Below, piece by piece: positions 11,645 through 25,281 of a stretch of 64,000 bases of DNA. The notes under the pieces are model-generated. The model did not search any database, was not told the DNA's origin, and saw nothing but the letters and a program-made list of their open reading frames with translations. Origin of the DNA: Lama glama (Eukaryota); NCBI GenBank assembly GCA_028534125.1, contig CM052818.1, positions 23,252,001-23,316,000 on the forward strand, written 5' to 3'. Position 1 is the first letter of the stretch. Each line of letters begins with the position of its first letter. A program made the translations under genes and the position numbers.

Positions 11645-12400
11645 CAGCCAGGTTTCTCAATCTTGGCTGCACGGAGAATCACCTGGGAGGGAGGCTGTTA
11701 CAGTCGGGATGGCCAGGCCCTGCTTCAGACCAATTACATCAGCATCTCTGGGGTGGGAGCCAGGCTGAGGTTGTTGTCAAGGTTCCCCAGGTGATTCCAA
11801 TGTGAGTTCGGGCTTGAGGCCCACTGATATAGGACCTTGCTAATCAAAGTGCGGCCTGAGGACCAGCAGTGATGTAACTCCTGAGGCTCATTAGACATGC
11901 AGCATCTCTGGCCCCACCCTAGCCCTACTGAGTCAGCACCTGCCTTTTGGCGAGGTCCCTGGAAGATCTGAAGTCTATTAAAGTGTGAGGGAGCTGAGGT
12001 TCTCCAGCTTGGCTGCACATTAAAATCTCCTAGGGAGCTTTTAAAAATCCCAATGCCCAGGCCCGCACCTTGTGCCAATTAAATCAGAAGTTTGGAGGGT
12101 GGGATGCAAGCATCAGTAGGTTTTTTTTTTAATGGGTTCTCAGGTGATTCCGATATACATGGGTTAGCAGGCCTGGCTACATATTAGAATCACCTGGGGA
12201 GCTTTTAAATATCCAGATACTTGAGGCCTACTCTCAAATTCTGATTTAATTGGTCTGGGATTGGCTGCAGAAAGCTTCCTAGGTGATTTTAATATGTAGC
12301 CAGTGACAGCCTCTGTTCCAGAATGTTGGTTCAGCTTCAGTGAAGGGACAGCCAGCTTAAGAAACCTTTCCACAAGTCAATGGGTCTAAGAACCATTGAT
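11645..12400. mobile_element. Cluster of ~4 MER5A/MER5B hAT-Charlie MITEs
   Basis: Repeated MER5 signatures cttggctgcacatta/agaatcacctgggga/ccaggtgatt, plus one opposite-orientation copy (caaagtgcggcc...accagcag). Confidence 0.8.
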
Positions 12401-12576
12401 GGAAATGAATGACCAGGCCACATCTAGACTTGTCTGGTCTTTTCCCCGGAGATGGGGAATGAAGAAAAGACCCTGGGGACACGAGAGAGGGGAGCTGATA
12501 GGCATTTCTTGCCCTTTTACCCTGTGGTACTCTCTCACCAATTCCAACACGGCTGTGGAGTTGGAGAGGTCTACAG

Positions 12577-12760
12577 TAGGGTTGCCAGGTTAAGCAGATA
12601 AAAACACAGGGCACTCAGCTAGCTTTGAACTTCAGGTACACAATGAATAATTTTTTTATATAAGTATGATTCATGCAATATTTAGGATTGCTGATACTAG
12701 AAAATTGTTATTTATCTGAATTTCAGTATTAAGCATCTTGTATTTTATCTGACAACTCTA
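12577..12760 (-). mobile_element. MER53 palindromic hAT MITE
   Basis: Starts tagggttgccag, ends ctgacaactcta; centre tataagtatg...catgcaatattt. Confidence 0.85.
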
Positions 12761-15614
12761 TAGAGTTGCCTGTGTTGCAAAATCCGTGCTGTGGTTAAGG
12801 CTGTCTCTAGGCTTGAGTGGGCTCTTGCCATGTGAGGTGAGGTCCGTGTGTGTTTGTTTGAACCCTGTCCTGGAAGGTCCACCATCCTGGGTTCAGTAGG
12901 GCTTTGAGCAAGCCCCTAGACTAGCCTGGCAGGGCTATGTGGCGAATGTTGCTGTGCCTCTGGACAATATCCATGAACTTCACTTCTCTGGGCTTATCTA
13001 CAGTCTTCTGTGTTGAGGTGGCTCCTGGGAGCTCCTCAGAGGTGCCCTTGTCTTCCCCTGCTACTTGCCGAATTTAGGCTGCATGTGCCCAAGAGAAAAG
13101 GAGCTGGAAGGTCTTGATGGGCTGGAGGTGACGGTGTTGAGTGGATGGTGATTCAGACAAATGCAGGGAAATGGAGGTGAAAAGAAAAAGCAGGCTTCAC
13201 AATTGCAGTCACAGTGCATCACCGAAGCTGCTGTTCAATGTCTGAGCCCAGCACGTCCGGCTTTCAGCAGAGGTGGCCCTACTGTAACATGTTCAGAGTC
13301 AAAAGTGCAGTTTCCTGCTCCATTCAGCTCTGAACAGCTTATCCCCTGCTGGCTTCAGAGTATGTGGGGGCTCGAGGGAGAGGAAACGGAGGCAGTAAGT
13401 GGGAAAGGGCCAGCTGCCAGCAAGAGACACACATATGAGAGATGTGCAGGGTGAGAGAGATGGGGGGAGAGGAAAAGGGGACGGGGAGAGGAGAGAAGGG
13501 TGCGGGGAGAGAACTTGTTAGTTAGCTGAGGGTGGTCAGCAAGATGCAGGAAGGGTACCCTTGGTTCATCCGTCCAGCCTGTCCCATTAAAGACCTATGC
13601 TGGGGCTGATCTCCCCTCTGAAGCAGAGTTTCTCAACCGATTAGCCTCAGGAAAAGACCAGGAGGGCTTGTGCAGGCTGGAGAAGAGGCTGAGCCAAGTT
13701 CTGAGGCCGTGGCTCATTTTTCTCTGCGGCTCCAGAAGGTGGGTGCCCCTTTCATGAGGATCAGGCGCTGGTCCGACCCTGCAGTCATGATTCTGGAGCG
13801 CCCACGTGTACCCTAGGAGGAATGCTCGCTTTCATTTCCCCATCTCCCTCCTGACACCACAGTCTTCCCAGAATAATAAATCACCACAGTTTATACGAAG
13901 GTCATGGACTTGGTTTTGTGTTTCTGCTGGGATTCAAGTCTCGGGAAATCCAGGCTCTTCTCTGTCTCCTTCTCTGTCTCCTGTTCTCTCTTGCCTCCTT
14001 CCTGATGGGCTGCCGGGTGGAGAGCCAGGCTTTCCAGCACATCTTTTCCCATAGAAACCCTCGATGTGGTGTGGGGAAGACGCTCCAGAGAAACCTCAGT
14101 GGCTGGTGGCAAATTAAAAGGATAAATAGGCTTTTTGCCTCCCTGACCATTATTTGAGGACAGGAACAGCCAGAGGCTTTGTGGAAGCCTGGGAGGGAAG
14201 CCGGGGATGGGAGGGAGGAGGGGGTAGCTTCAGAACAGGGTGGGCCTCCTCAGCTCACACCCACTCACCTAGGACTGGTCCTAGTTCAGTTGTTGAGGGC
14301 TGGGCATCTGAGAGAGAGGTAGGCTTCCAGGTAAATGGTACAGTCTGGTGGATGGACCTGGGCCTGGGCCTTGCTGACTGTGGGGTTTGGCCTATCACAT
14401 CTTGGCCGGTGCCTGGCTCCTGGCTTCAAGCCTATTCTCCAGGACTAGAATGTACTTTCCTTGGAGATTGAGAGGCCTGGCCACAGTGGGGAAGAGTTGG
14501 CCTCCTCCTCTGGGCCAGCGGCTCACTGTGGAATCTAATTCAGAAACACAGCCTATTGGTGATGTCATGTGCGTTGCGGGCAGTCAGACAGTGTGTCAAG
14601 TCCTGGAGCAATGGAAGATGGGCTTGGATGACCACAGGGACCGGGCTGACATTCCTATCCCAGCTCGAGAGAAGGACAGCTTGCCCTCACGGGACTCCTC
14701 CAGTGCTGGTACCCATACCCATGGTCAGGTGTGGGCCTAGCCGGCCAGATCCTGCCTGGCTGGCATTTGCCTGCCTTTGACCAGACCCAGGCTTGGCCTG
14801 AGAGTCCTGAATCTCTGCCTGGTAGAGACATCAGTGTGGAAAGAGCCAGAGCCTAGGGGAGACTCATGGGTGAATCCGTATGGGATCGTATGGGATTTCT
14901 TCCTGTGGAGCCAAGTGGGTCTGAACAACTGGCTTGTGTGTATTTTGAAGGTCAAGGAGGAAAAGCTCAGAGGTGGGGATGTGGCTGATTAAAAGAAGAA
15001 AGGGCCCAGCCCTCAGTCAGTCCCTGCTCTCCATCCTCTCCTAGCCCCTCTCCTCTGCCCCTGGCATTTCTCATGTTCTGGAACAAGGTCTAAATTGAGA
15101 CATTCCGGGAGCTGCCAACCTCCCAGGTCCAGGGTGGTCACAGGACTTGCTGGCTCCGCGTCTCCTCTCAGTTTGGCCTTCGCCCTAATCCCCACTGGCG
15201 CCTGGTGCCAACATCCCGCTGCCTGCTGAGGTCCTCTTTTCGCATGCCCATTCCAGGCACTCTACAGAGCTGCTGAGGTGGGTCTGCATGTTTGTGCCTG
15301 TGTGTGTGTGTGTGTCTCCACATCCTCCTCGGACATTTGACTAATCATTTATTGGCCCTGAATGAGGCACAGATTCCACAGTCCTTTCCAACCCTGGACT
15401 CAGTGGTTGGAGAAAGTGCCCGAGTACAATTTAGTAGACACGTATGATTCTCCCTACCCTTCGGGGCCCAGCCCATGTGGCCACTCCTTTAGAAAGTCTT
15501 CTCTCAGGACCTCCACCCCGAGTCCCCACTTCCCTGGGCTCCTCGGGTCCTGGGGTCCCAACCCAGCCATGACTCCTTCTGTCTTGGACCAGTTTTGAGC
15601 AGTTAGTCTGTTAC

Positions 15615-15900
15615 CTCCCAGAGCCCGGGCTTTGGAGTTGATCCGACCCAGGTTCAAACACTGACTCTCTTGCTTACGAGCTGGTAATCTCCAGTTGGTT
15701 AATTTCTTCGAGATTCCGGTTCCTCGTCTATAAAGAGGGATGATCTTACCTTCCTCCGGGCGTGGGGGTGAGGATTCATGGGCTCAGGCTATGAAGCACT
15801 TTGCACAGGTCCACATTCCTGCCTTCTGCTCTTCTCTCTTCGCAGTGGCTGGAACAGAGCTGGGCTTGTGGTCGGTACCCAGAAAAGTAGTAGTGACTGA
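15615..15900 (+). mobile_element. MIR SINE
   Basis: ggttcaaacactgactct...tttcctcgtctataaagagggatgat. Confidence 0.7.
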
Positions 15901-18606
15901 TTAATGATTATGGAGCCTACAATTATTGGGATGAAGTCCCTAAACAGAGAAACAGCTCTAAGCAAACCCATTAATTAGGGGCCTGTTTGCAGTTCTTTTG
16001 TGCTGGCCTGTCATGTGTTAGCTCAAGGAGGGCTGGGTACTCCCCACCCCCAGGGGTCATCTGGGAAAATAATGACCAAGGGGAGGTTCTGGCCTGAGGT
16101 GTGCAATTCCCACCTACTTGTGACCTTCACGCCCATCTTCCTCTCCCCACCCTAGAGCTGGTGCAATAAACAAGTTACCAGGTGACAAACACAGCCCTAA
16201 TAAAGAGGGCCACCGGCTTTAGGATGGCATTAAGCCTGAGTTAATGGACTTTGCAGGGAGCAAGGATTCCCTGAGGCGGCACTTCTGACCTGGAGTGACC
16301 TCTCAGGCTACGGGAGGCCTGGGCTGGCAGCTCAAAAAGAGAAAAAGGAAGTTTTGCTTTTCTTTTTTTTTTGTAGGGAAAATAAATGCCAATTTGGAGC
16401 ACTACAAAAGTCATGTTATAACTGGCATGTTTACACTTCTCCAATAACAAGTTTAAACCCCAAATGCAATAAAACTGTCATTTCATAGTAATTTCAAAAC
16501 TCATAAAAATATTCATTGTTGTGTACTACAAACAATCAGTGGGATAGAAGTTGAAGGTAGCTTGATGGACATCTATCTGTCCTGGGTCAGTCCCCACCCC
16601 ACTCCATGGGGACGGTCCTATGGGGCAGCTCAGAGCTCAGGGACGTGGCCTCTGCTGGACAATGTGGTCCTCTCAGAGTGGGATGGGGCCTTGGTGACAG
16701 ACTCGAAGATGAGCTCATGACGCTGGGAAACTGAAGCCCATTCATAAGCCACAGACCTGTAAACAAGAAGCGGGCCCGGCTCCCTTTAAAGGCTGTGCGG
16801 CCTGTGGCTGGTGTGCACCACTGCGGTGCCAGCACCAGCGTCCTGCAGGTAGTGGGTTCCAAGTCCTCTAGAGTCACCGGCTGCAGGCACAGCCGGCGTG
16901 CCTTCATTCACTTCCAGGATGACTGCTGCTTCCCCTGATCGTGGTGAATACCACAAGGACGGGAACTAGATCTGACTTCTTCTTTCCCTGTGTCCTTAAG
17001 CATGGAAGTGCTCCGTCAATAAATACTGAAATACACTGAATCAGATCTTCTCTAAGAAACATTCTGATTCCAACACAGACTGAGTCAGGCCTCCTTTCCT
17101 GGGCTTCTTTCCTCCGTTTCAGAACATCACGTATTATGTTATTACATTAGTTTCCTTGCTTTTGTCCTGCTCAGGCTATAAGCCTCCACTTGGTATGCCG
17201 AGTATCCAGCACAGTGGACTGACCAAACTTCCACGGCAGAACCGCATAAACAGTTGTGTGAATGAGTCTGCAGGGCGGGTAGAACCAGACACCCACCCCT
17301 CCCGCCCCCGACCCCAGGCCCAGCACGCTTGGAAGCTTGGAAATTCCCTGATGAGTGTTTTCCTGTTTTACAAAAATCCTTGTCTGTCACTAGAAGCCCA
17401 TGTTCGCCTCTCCCGGTATCAGGGCACATCTGGTTGTTGGTACATGTTGCTTAGTTAGAAACTCTTAAAACAGCATGAAATTGTTAGCACGTTGCTCCTG
17501 CCTGCCAAGCTGTTCTCGGGATTCAAGCTTTGGTGGATTGGGTTTTCTGTTTGTTTTCTGTTTTCATGCAGTTTAGAAAATTGGTCTGTGACAACCTTGG
17601 GGGAAATAAGCCTGCCTTGAGCTCCGCCAAGGAGAGGGCAGGCCTGAGGTGAGCACTGGGGGAGGCGGGGGGCGGGATCAGCCCGGGGAGGCTCTGGGAA
17701 TCCTTGCTTGCATTTCCCTTCCTTGCACTTGGGGTTGGACGCTCAGGCTAATCTGATGTGCTGGGAGAAGAATGCCCGAAGGAGGTGGGGTGGGGCTGGG
17801 AAGAACCTTATCTCTAGATGGGTCCTCGCAGGGAGATCAGTGCTGACCAGTCCAGCACCTTTGGGTTCTGGAGGATGCAGACACGCTCTCTCCAAATAAA
17901 TGCCGCAAGCTGGAGGCTGTGACGGAAGATGCCCCCTTCCCCGTGCATTTCATTTCTCTGCTATCTTTGTGTGTGGGCAATGCCAGAAATCAACTTTTCC
18001 CGAATGACCTCAATATGCCATGCCTTCTCCCTACTTTTGGTAGTTCTTGTCTCTTGGCAGATTTCTTTTCTGGAAATAATCTCATCTGGGAAAAAGTCTG
18101 GGCTGGTCTATTTCACCTTGGGTAGTGGGTTGTTATCCTTGCTGAGTGTGGAGACCCAGCCAACCCTGCTCCTGGATGGTCAGATGAGGCTCAGGAAAGG
18201 CAGGTGGGAAAGGTCTCAAGCACCCCCAGGCAGGACTCAGTTTGACTCCTGGCCATGAAGATGAAAGTCATCAGTTGTTCTTTGGTCAAAAATGCCGATA
18301 GCAGCATCGGCCCCCTTCTCCCCCACTGTGCCTTTCTCTGGTGCCCTCTGTTCCATCTTTCACTGCTCTTTAAAAATCTTTTCTTTCATCCTTTTCCACA
18401 AGAGAGTGGCCTCCATTTCAGCCTCGAAACTCTCCTCAGAGAATGATTCTGGGCTGTGTTGCTGGGATCTGGGTCTCTGTGAGTAAGACCAAAATTTCTG
18501 CTCTGGCCTCTGCATCCAGAACGCATCTCGGAGCACATTCTCCAGGACCCCAAGGATGGGCATTCTGCCTCCTTATTGCCCTGGGACTCTGAGGGCATTA
18601 TACTGT

Positions 18607-18948
18607 GTTATGCACCGAATATTTTGTCTCCCCTTCAAAATGCATATATTGAAATCTAACCCCCAATGGGATGGTATTAGCGGATGGGGCCTATAGGAGA
18701 TGATTAAGTGATGAGGGTAGCATCCTCATCATAGGATTAGTGCCCCAGAGAGCCTCCTTCCCTTCAACTGTGTGAGGACACAACAAGGCGTGGCCATCTG
18801 TGCACCAGGAAGCAAGCTCTTACCAGACACCAAATCTGCTGGAACATTGCTGTTGGGATTCTAGCCTTCAAAACGGTGAGAAATAAATGTTTTCAAAGCA
18901 CATAGTCTGTGGTATTTCTTGTTATCGCAGCCCAAGCAGACTAAGACA
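18607..18948 (+). mobile_element. MLT1A-type MaLR solo LTR
   Basis: tgttatg...gactaagaca termini; cccaatgggatggtatt, gtgaggacaca, gagaaataaatg. Confidence 0.85.
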
Positions 18949-20924
18949 CACCCCTAACATCTAAGTTCTCTCAGAAGACCTTTGCTTGTTTGGTATCTAC
19001 AATGTGCCAGACGCTGGCTTAGAGATAAGGCCTTGCCCAAGCCATACAGGCAGTAAGTGACGGTGAGGAAGTGACATTTAAGTACATGTCTGTCTGATGT
19101 CAAAGTCCTTCCTCATTCCTCTGCACTCGGGGTTCATGGACTTGGGAGGAGCAGGGACTAGAATGCTTTGCTTCTGTCTGTCACCCTGCCGCCAGCCCGT
19201 TGCTTCTGACCTGGCCTTCACAGTCTTACTTCCTCTGACTCTAAGCCTGCAGGACTGCCTTTGCTATCCAGATCAAAATCATGACAAAATTCTCTTTGTC
19301 ACCAGCCCTGAGTTGTAGTTAAATATATGAAAATGGTCTTTAGTTTAAAAATGTGGAGGAAGGGAGAGAAGTACAATAAGAAACCACTGGACGAGTTTAT
19401 ACATTTTGAAATCAGGGTGGTAAGGCTTAAAAGGCTCATGGTGCCACATTTCACCCCAGCCACATCTCAGGGATCCCCCAGGGCGGTTCCCTATCAGGCA
19501 GTAGGGGAACCTCCCTCTCTCCCCCTCCTCCGCCCCTCCTCCCCTGGAAAGGGTTGAAAGCAAGTGTCCCCACCACACCCGTAGCCTAGACTGGGGTTCC
19601 TGAACTGGGATCCTTGGATGGCTGGGAATTTCCAGAAATTGAATGGAACCTGTGATTGCATTGCTGTTTCTGCTTTTTTTTTTTTTCCTGAGAAGTGGGT
19701 TCACAGATTAATCAGATTCACAGAGAAGTCGGTGACTTCCAATTGTCTAAGAAACCCTGGAGGTGATCATGGAGTATCCATGGGAGAAATTTACCTTTGG
19801 ACTAAGTCCTAGGACAAGTTTTGCTTCCTCTGGTGGAATTGGTGATATGTTTTCTCCTCCTGTAATCAGTTTCCTGTACAAGACAGCATTAAGGCACTTT
19901 TGATTTATTCCATTTTCATTTTACTGAAATTATTTCTACCTGGAGCAACTGAATTTTGTGTAAATATTGCAGGAAGAGTTGATTTCCTTTCTCCTTTTTA
20001 TTTAATCAATTATTGTTTCTGCCAGACGGAGGTTTCTCTGGTGGCTACAGTATAAGGTGGGTGTAGAGGACAGATGGGGAGAAGAGAGACAAAACTTGCA
20101 GGGCGTTTTTACTGAGGGCAAATTCAATGTCTTTGGGAGACAAATGTCTACGGGGTCAGGCAGTGGGGTCAAAATATCCTGTTTTGGTGTTTCTGCCAGA
20201 AGAATGTCTTGGATTAGGAGGAAGCAAGCCTCTTATAGAGCAGAAAGAAGTTGCCACCATCCCATGGGCTGGTCTGCCTTCACCAAGAAGGACACAGTTG
20301 ATAGGAAAATGCAGACGCCAGCCAAGTTGAAAGACTCCAGTGAGCTGTCTCTCCCTTCTCATCACCCACGTGAGGCCCACATGTGGCTCATCTTGACATC
20401 ATCCTTGTCTGTCAGATCCTGTAGGTTTCCCTCCATCACCCAGGGACTCAGAGTGCTACTCTCTCCGTGGTGCCAAGGAGGCTCCATGCTTGAGTGGCAA
20501 GGACCCACAGAGCAATTCCCTAGCTTCTGGAAGAAACATCTATGCATGTAAAGTTCTGGGTCTCATTTATTTATTTGAATAACGATTTATTTTTCTTTTC
20601 TTATTTGAAAAAAAAAAGAGATGGTCTGGTACATTGGAAAGAACATGGGACTTGGAGTCAGCCAACCCTCTTTCAAATCCAAAAGTCAAGCAATCTTTGC
20701 CAAAAGACACATTTAAACACTGTTTTTCCTCACTCTTCCCCTAAAGGCAGGACACCACTGAGAGTGATTACTGGGCCCCTGAGACAGGGGCATTTCCTCT
20801 CACTGTTTCCTATGTAGCAACTGTGGGAAGACAAGCTTTGTGGAAAGGACCACAGGGAGGCAGGCTACTGGCCTTTTTTAAATCCTACTCTGGGCATTAA
20901 TCCTTTCTGCATAGGGATATTTTG

Positions 20925-21545
20925 TGGTACAGGCCAGCTTACCAAGATGAGTGTTGGGCCAAAGGGCCAGCTAGAATAAAATTTTCCTATGCCTACATGG
21001 TTGGTTTTTAGGAAACATCCTTAAAAGACAGGTAATATTTGACCTTTGCTTTCTTCTCTATCTTGCTAATGCAGATGTGATGGCTGGAACTCTAGCAGCC
21101 ACCTTAGAACATGAGAATGAGGGACAGACTGTAGCATGGCAGCGTGATAAGCTGGATCCAGAGGACTGAAGAAATGCCAAATAGCCTTGGATTGTCAGCT
21201 TCTAGCATTCTTTTTTTGGTCAGGTTTTTTTCCTTTTGATTAGTTTATTTTTATCGAAGTATAGTCGATTTACAGCGTTGTGTTAGTTTCAGGTGTACAG
21301 CAAAGTGATTCAGTTATAGATATACATTATATATATTCTTTTTCAGATTCTTTTCCATTGTAGGTTATTACAAGATATGGAATATGGTTCCTTGTGCTAC
21401 ACAGTAGGTCCTTGTTGTTTATCTATTTCACATAGAGCTGTGTGTATCTTCTAGCATTCTTTTAATTTGGAAAGAAAGAAACTGTCTTGTTTACGTCACT
21501 GTTACATTGGACTTTTCTGTCACATAGGACCTAACCATAGCTAAT
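20925..21545 (+). mobile_element. MLT1J-like MaLR LTR, interrupted by L1
   Basis: gcagatgtgatggctggaactctagcagccaccttagaacatgag; cactgttacattggacttttctgtcac. Confidence 0.65.
21215..21447 (-). mobile_element. Cetartiodactyl L1 3' end fragment
   Basis: gaagtatagtcgatttaca...caggtgtacagcaaagtgattcag; 16-bp TSD cttctagcattctttt at 21199-21214 and 21448-21463. Confidence 0.9.
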
Positions 21546-21800
21546 CCAGTGGTCACATTTGGTTTCTGGAGTCAGGTTACCTGGGTTGAAATTCCACTGC
21601 CTTCCTTTTATAGACTCCAGTGTGAGCAAATCTCTTAATCCTCATAAGCCTCCAGTTTTCTTAACTGTGAAGTGAGGGTCATTATTGTATGTATCTCTTA
21701 GATTTATTATATGTCCTAACGTGATGTAATGTACATAACGTGCAAGGTGTATGTTCCGTATTCAATAAGCGTTTCCGTTGTGCTGCTGTTGTTCTGACTA

Positions 21801-21863
21801 CCGCTGTCATCCCGGGGCATCTGGCATCATCCCGGGGCATCTGCCGTCTTCCCGGGGCATCTG
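21801..21863. repeat. 20-bp minisatellite, ~3 copies
   Basis: Invariant tcccggggcatctg core at 20-bp period. Confidence 0.9.
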
Positions 21864-22462
21864 GGAGGCTGAGGCATGTGTTCACAATCCTGGAGCTTGT
21901 AGCTCTCAATCTCTTTCCATAAGGAAAACAACTCATACATTCAGGGAAGTCACTTACGCTCTATGGGCTTCCCTTCCCGCATCTAAAATGGGGCTAATAA
22001 TCCTTTGTAGGCTTGTTGGGAAGATTAATGGAGAAAATAAACGCGAAGCAGCCTGGGCAACGCACAGCGCATGCGTGCCACAAACGTCAGTTCCATTTCT
22101 CTGTCATATCGGTACTTGCTTTCACACGGTAGAAATAAAGGTACGGGCTCCCTGCCTTCCCCTCACCTGTCCTCCTCCTGGCCTGGGTAAACTGCAAGTT
22201 GGCATTGGCAGCTCAGTGGCTGTAGGTGAATCCAGCTGGTGAAGGGCCAGCGGCCCAGCCAGGGCAGAGTTATGCAAACCAACAGTGAAGACTCAGGCAG
22301 GCGAGCCAGATGGGTGTGAGCCGCAGAAAGCCTCACAGGGTGCAGGGTGGAGGACAGGGGTATTGTGGGGTAAAGGGGAGACGGGCAAGGGTGAACAGCG
22401 GCGGTGGGTGCCTGAGTGAGAAGAGGTGGGTGTTCTTCCCTTCCCTCTTCAAGAGGTTCTGC

Positions 22463-22604
22463 TTTTTTTTCTTTTTTTTAAAATTTTCAGATCTAACTCT
22501 GCATACGTACATATATGTTTTCGGATTCTTTCCCATTACAAGAAATTGAAATATAGTTCCCTGTGCTATACAGTAGGTCCTTGTTGTTTATCTATTTTAC
22601 ACAC
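22463..22604 (-). mobile_element. Cetartiodactyl L1 3' fragment
   Basis: atatagttccctgtgctatacagtaggtccttgttgtttatctatttt. Confidence 0.8.
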
Positions 22605-23149
22605 ATCCAGCTCTGCAATTTTTGTGGTGAGAGGCCAAAGGCAAAATAGTAATCTCTGCGAAGAAAACAGTAATACTCGTCTTAAAGAGCTGTTTACGAG
22701 GCTCTAAGTAAATGAGATAATGTATATGAAGCTGTGTGGCACATAGTGTAAGCTGAGTGCTCTGACCCCACCTTCCAGTCATACCAACAAATTCTTGTCT
22801 CCTAGTAAGTCTGCCACACCTGAATGTGCCCTTGGGGTCCCTAAATACCATCTGCCTGAGGTAAGGCTGTGGGGCTGGGTGGCTTCAGGTAGGGTGAGCA
22901 CAAGCTGTTGGAGAAAGTTGTGTATAAAGGCAATCAGATGCAAAGATAGGCATAGGTGGGGCCTGGGAGTGTCCCGCACCAGCAGCTATGTGCTCCATGC
23001 CTGTCCCCTCCCTGAAACATCTGGATGCTTCCCGCTGGGCACCCTGGTACCAGCATGGCACAGGTGATGGAACAGAGGCCTACCCCCGGTCCTGCCTCCA
23101 CCATCCTTGAAGCAAACGCACAATTCTTTTGGAGCTGCATCTCCTCTCT

Positions 23150-24930
23150 TTTAAAAAAAAATTTAATTGAAAAAACAATTTAAATTACAGGAACGATATT
23201 AGAAAAAAAAATACAATGGCAGCTCACTGCTAAGTTTAAGTGAATGTTAGCATTTTGCTTTGAATACTTGCCTAGATTTTGTTTTCCAATACAAGGAAAA
23301 AAAAGTTACTGAAAGTACTAAAACGTTCATCGCACTGTTTCCTGGTGGCAAATCTGGTGGCAACCTCTGTCCTGAAGCTGCTGGGCATCCCTGCAGCCCA
23401 CAAGTTTTATGCTCACCTGATGGATAAGCATCTATTTGTGATTCTGGATTTTTTCCTCTCTCCCTCTCACTGGGAAAGGACACATTGCATTTTTATTCTT
23501 TTTATAGTTTCCCTAACATTCTTAACATCTATACTTCATATTTTTGGAACACATTTTAAGTTGGTTGATATCTCGATTCTCTTCCTAGGTAAGACACAGA
23601 ACGCAGTATGCTCTAACTTTATTCCCGTCTTCCATGTGACCACGGTCCAGTATCTAGTTCTCCGTTGCTTTGACTCACCATTTGTCATTAGCATTGTTTT
23701 CAGAATCTATGCCAATCTAGATTTACCAGTGTGTGTATAATTTTTTTTTTTGCACACAACTGTTTCTTGCAATCCCCTCTCTCTTTTCATTTTTCTTTAA
23801 TAATCCTTTAGTAGTTATTCAGAGAAGATCTGTGTTTAGTTAACTCAGTCTTCTTCTGGAAATACCTTTCCTTTGTCCCTCATCACAGATGCGGGTCATC
23901 TGATTGTTGAACTGCAAATGGACTCCCCCAGACACCCCGCCCAGCTTAGCGTTTTTAAGATATCGTTCCCTCATCTTCTGGCCTCTATTGTTGCCAATGA
24001 GAAGGCTGATATCAATCTGGTAGACATTTCTTTGAAGATAATCTTTCTCCATTCTCTAGTATCTTTTTAAAATATGATCCTTTCTCTTGATGTTCTGTGG
24101 TTTCACAGTCGTGTGGCTAAGTGTGTATTTGTTTTTATCTATTCTGTCTGCTTTTCCAACCTAAGGCTAGAACCTTTTTTTCAAATCTGGAAATTCCTTA
24201 GCCGTCGTCTCTGCAAATATTACCTCTTACCTTCTTCTCAGCTGTCTCTCTGCATCTCCTAGTGACAAATAGGTCCCTCCATTCTCTCCATGGTTCTCAA
24301 TTTCTTTTTCAGATAATTTTTCTTTCTCGTATTTAACAAAACGTCCCCTTTATGTTGCATTCTACATGATTTTCTCAGATCTGTTTTTCAGATCACCAAT
24401 TTCCTCCATGGTTGTGTCAGTGGACTCTTGAACCAGCCGATGGAAGTTGTTCTTTTTTTTTTTTTCAATTTGGATGGTTATGTTTTTCGGTTTTAGAACT
24501 TTATTTTAGTTCTTTTGTAAGCCAATTCGTCTTTTCTCCTAATGTTCTGTGCCTGCTGTACAGCTTATGTTCTTCTAGTTTTAAAACATTTTAGACAAAC
24601 TTATTTAAAATTCCTTTTCAGAAAGCTCAGCCTGAAGCTGCAGTTCTGTGGAAATGGGTGCTCTCATTTGTGATTTTTGCTGACACTCGTGGTTTTGCGT
24701 TTCCTGGTCTGCTTGGCAAGTTTTGTCTCATCCTCACCAGGAATTATCTTCCACTGAGGCCTATATATTCTCTAGGATTTGGAGACATCCCTCTGGTGTA
24801 GTTTCTTCATTATAAGATTCTTTTTTCCTAGACCAGTTTTACTTTATTTTGTTGGTTTTGGGGTTTTCTCCTGGTAAGAAGTGTGAGAATTTGGGTTTTA
24901 TACTAGCACATACAGACTAAGTGCTCCAGT
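23150..24930 (-). mobile_element. Ancient L1M/L1ME fragments
   Basis: T-rich; cttctggcctctattgttgccaatgagaag and tctggaaattcctagcc...tctgcaaatatt motifs typical of antisense L1M. Confidence 0.65.
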
Positions 24931-24948
24931 TTGTTTCATTAACTCTTT

Positions 24949-25093
24949 ATTATTGTATTATTTAATTATTTTATTCTGGTGTGCTGGGGAGGTGATTAGG
25001 TTTGTTTATTTTTAGAGGAGGGACTGGGGCTTGAACCCAGGACCTCGCACATGCTGAGCATACGCTCTGCCACTTGAGCTGTACCCTCCCTCC
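24949..25093 (-). mobile_element. Camelid Vic-1-like SINE, long form
   Basis: tRNA-like body plus gggaggtgattaggttt tail; 13-bp TSD tcattaactcttt at 24936-24948 and 25094-25106. Confidence 0.9.
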
Positions 25094-25281
25094 TCATTAA
25101 CTCTTTTTTCCCCCTACCCACACCCTGGGGTGGCCAGACTGTGTCTCTGCTGAGTAGTAGGAGTTTTTCTAATGAGATCATATGTTCCAAAATAATTTCT
25201 GCCTAGTTGCAGCTCCTTGTGATAAACAGGAATGGTGGCCTTAACTGTGGCCTGTATGTGTTCTTAAAGCCCCCTGTAAGG

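Noticed and set aside
21801..21863. CRISPR-like repeat-spacer pattern
   Set aside because: Eukaryotic DNA; spacers are only ~6 nt and related to each other; simple minisatellite
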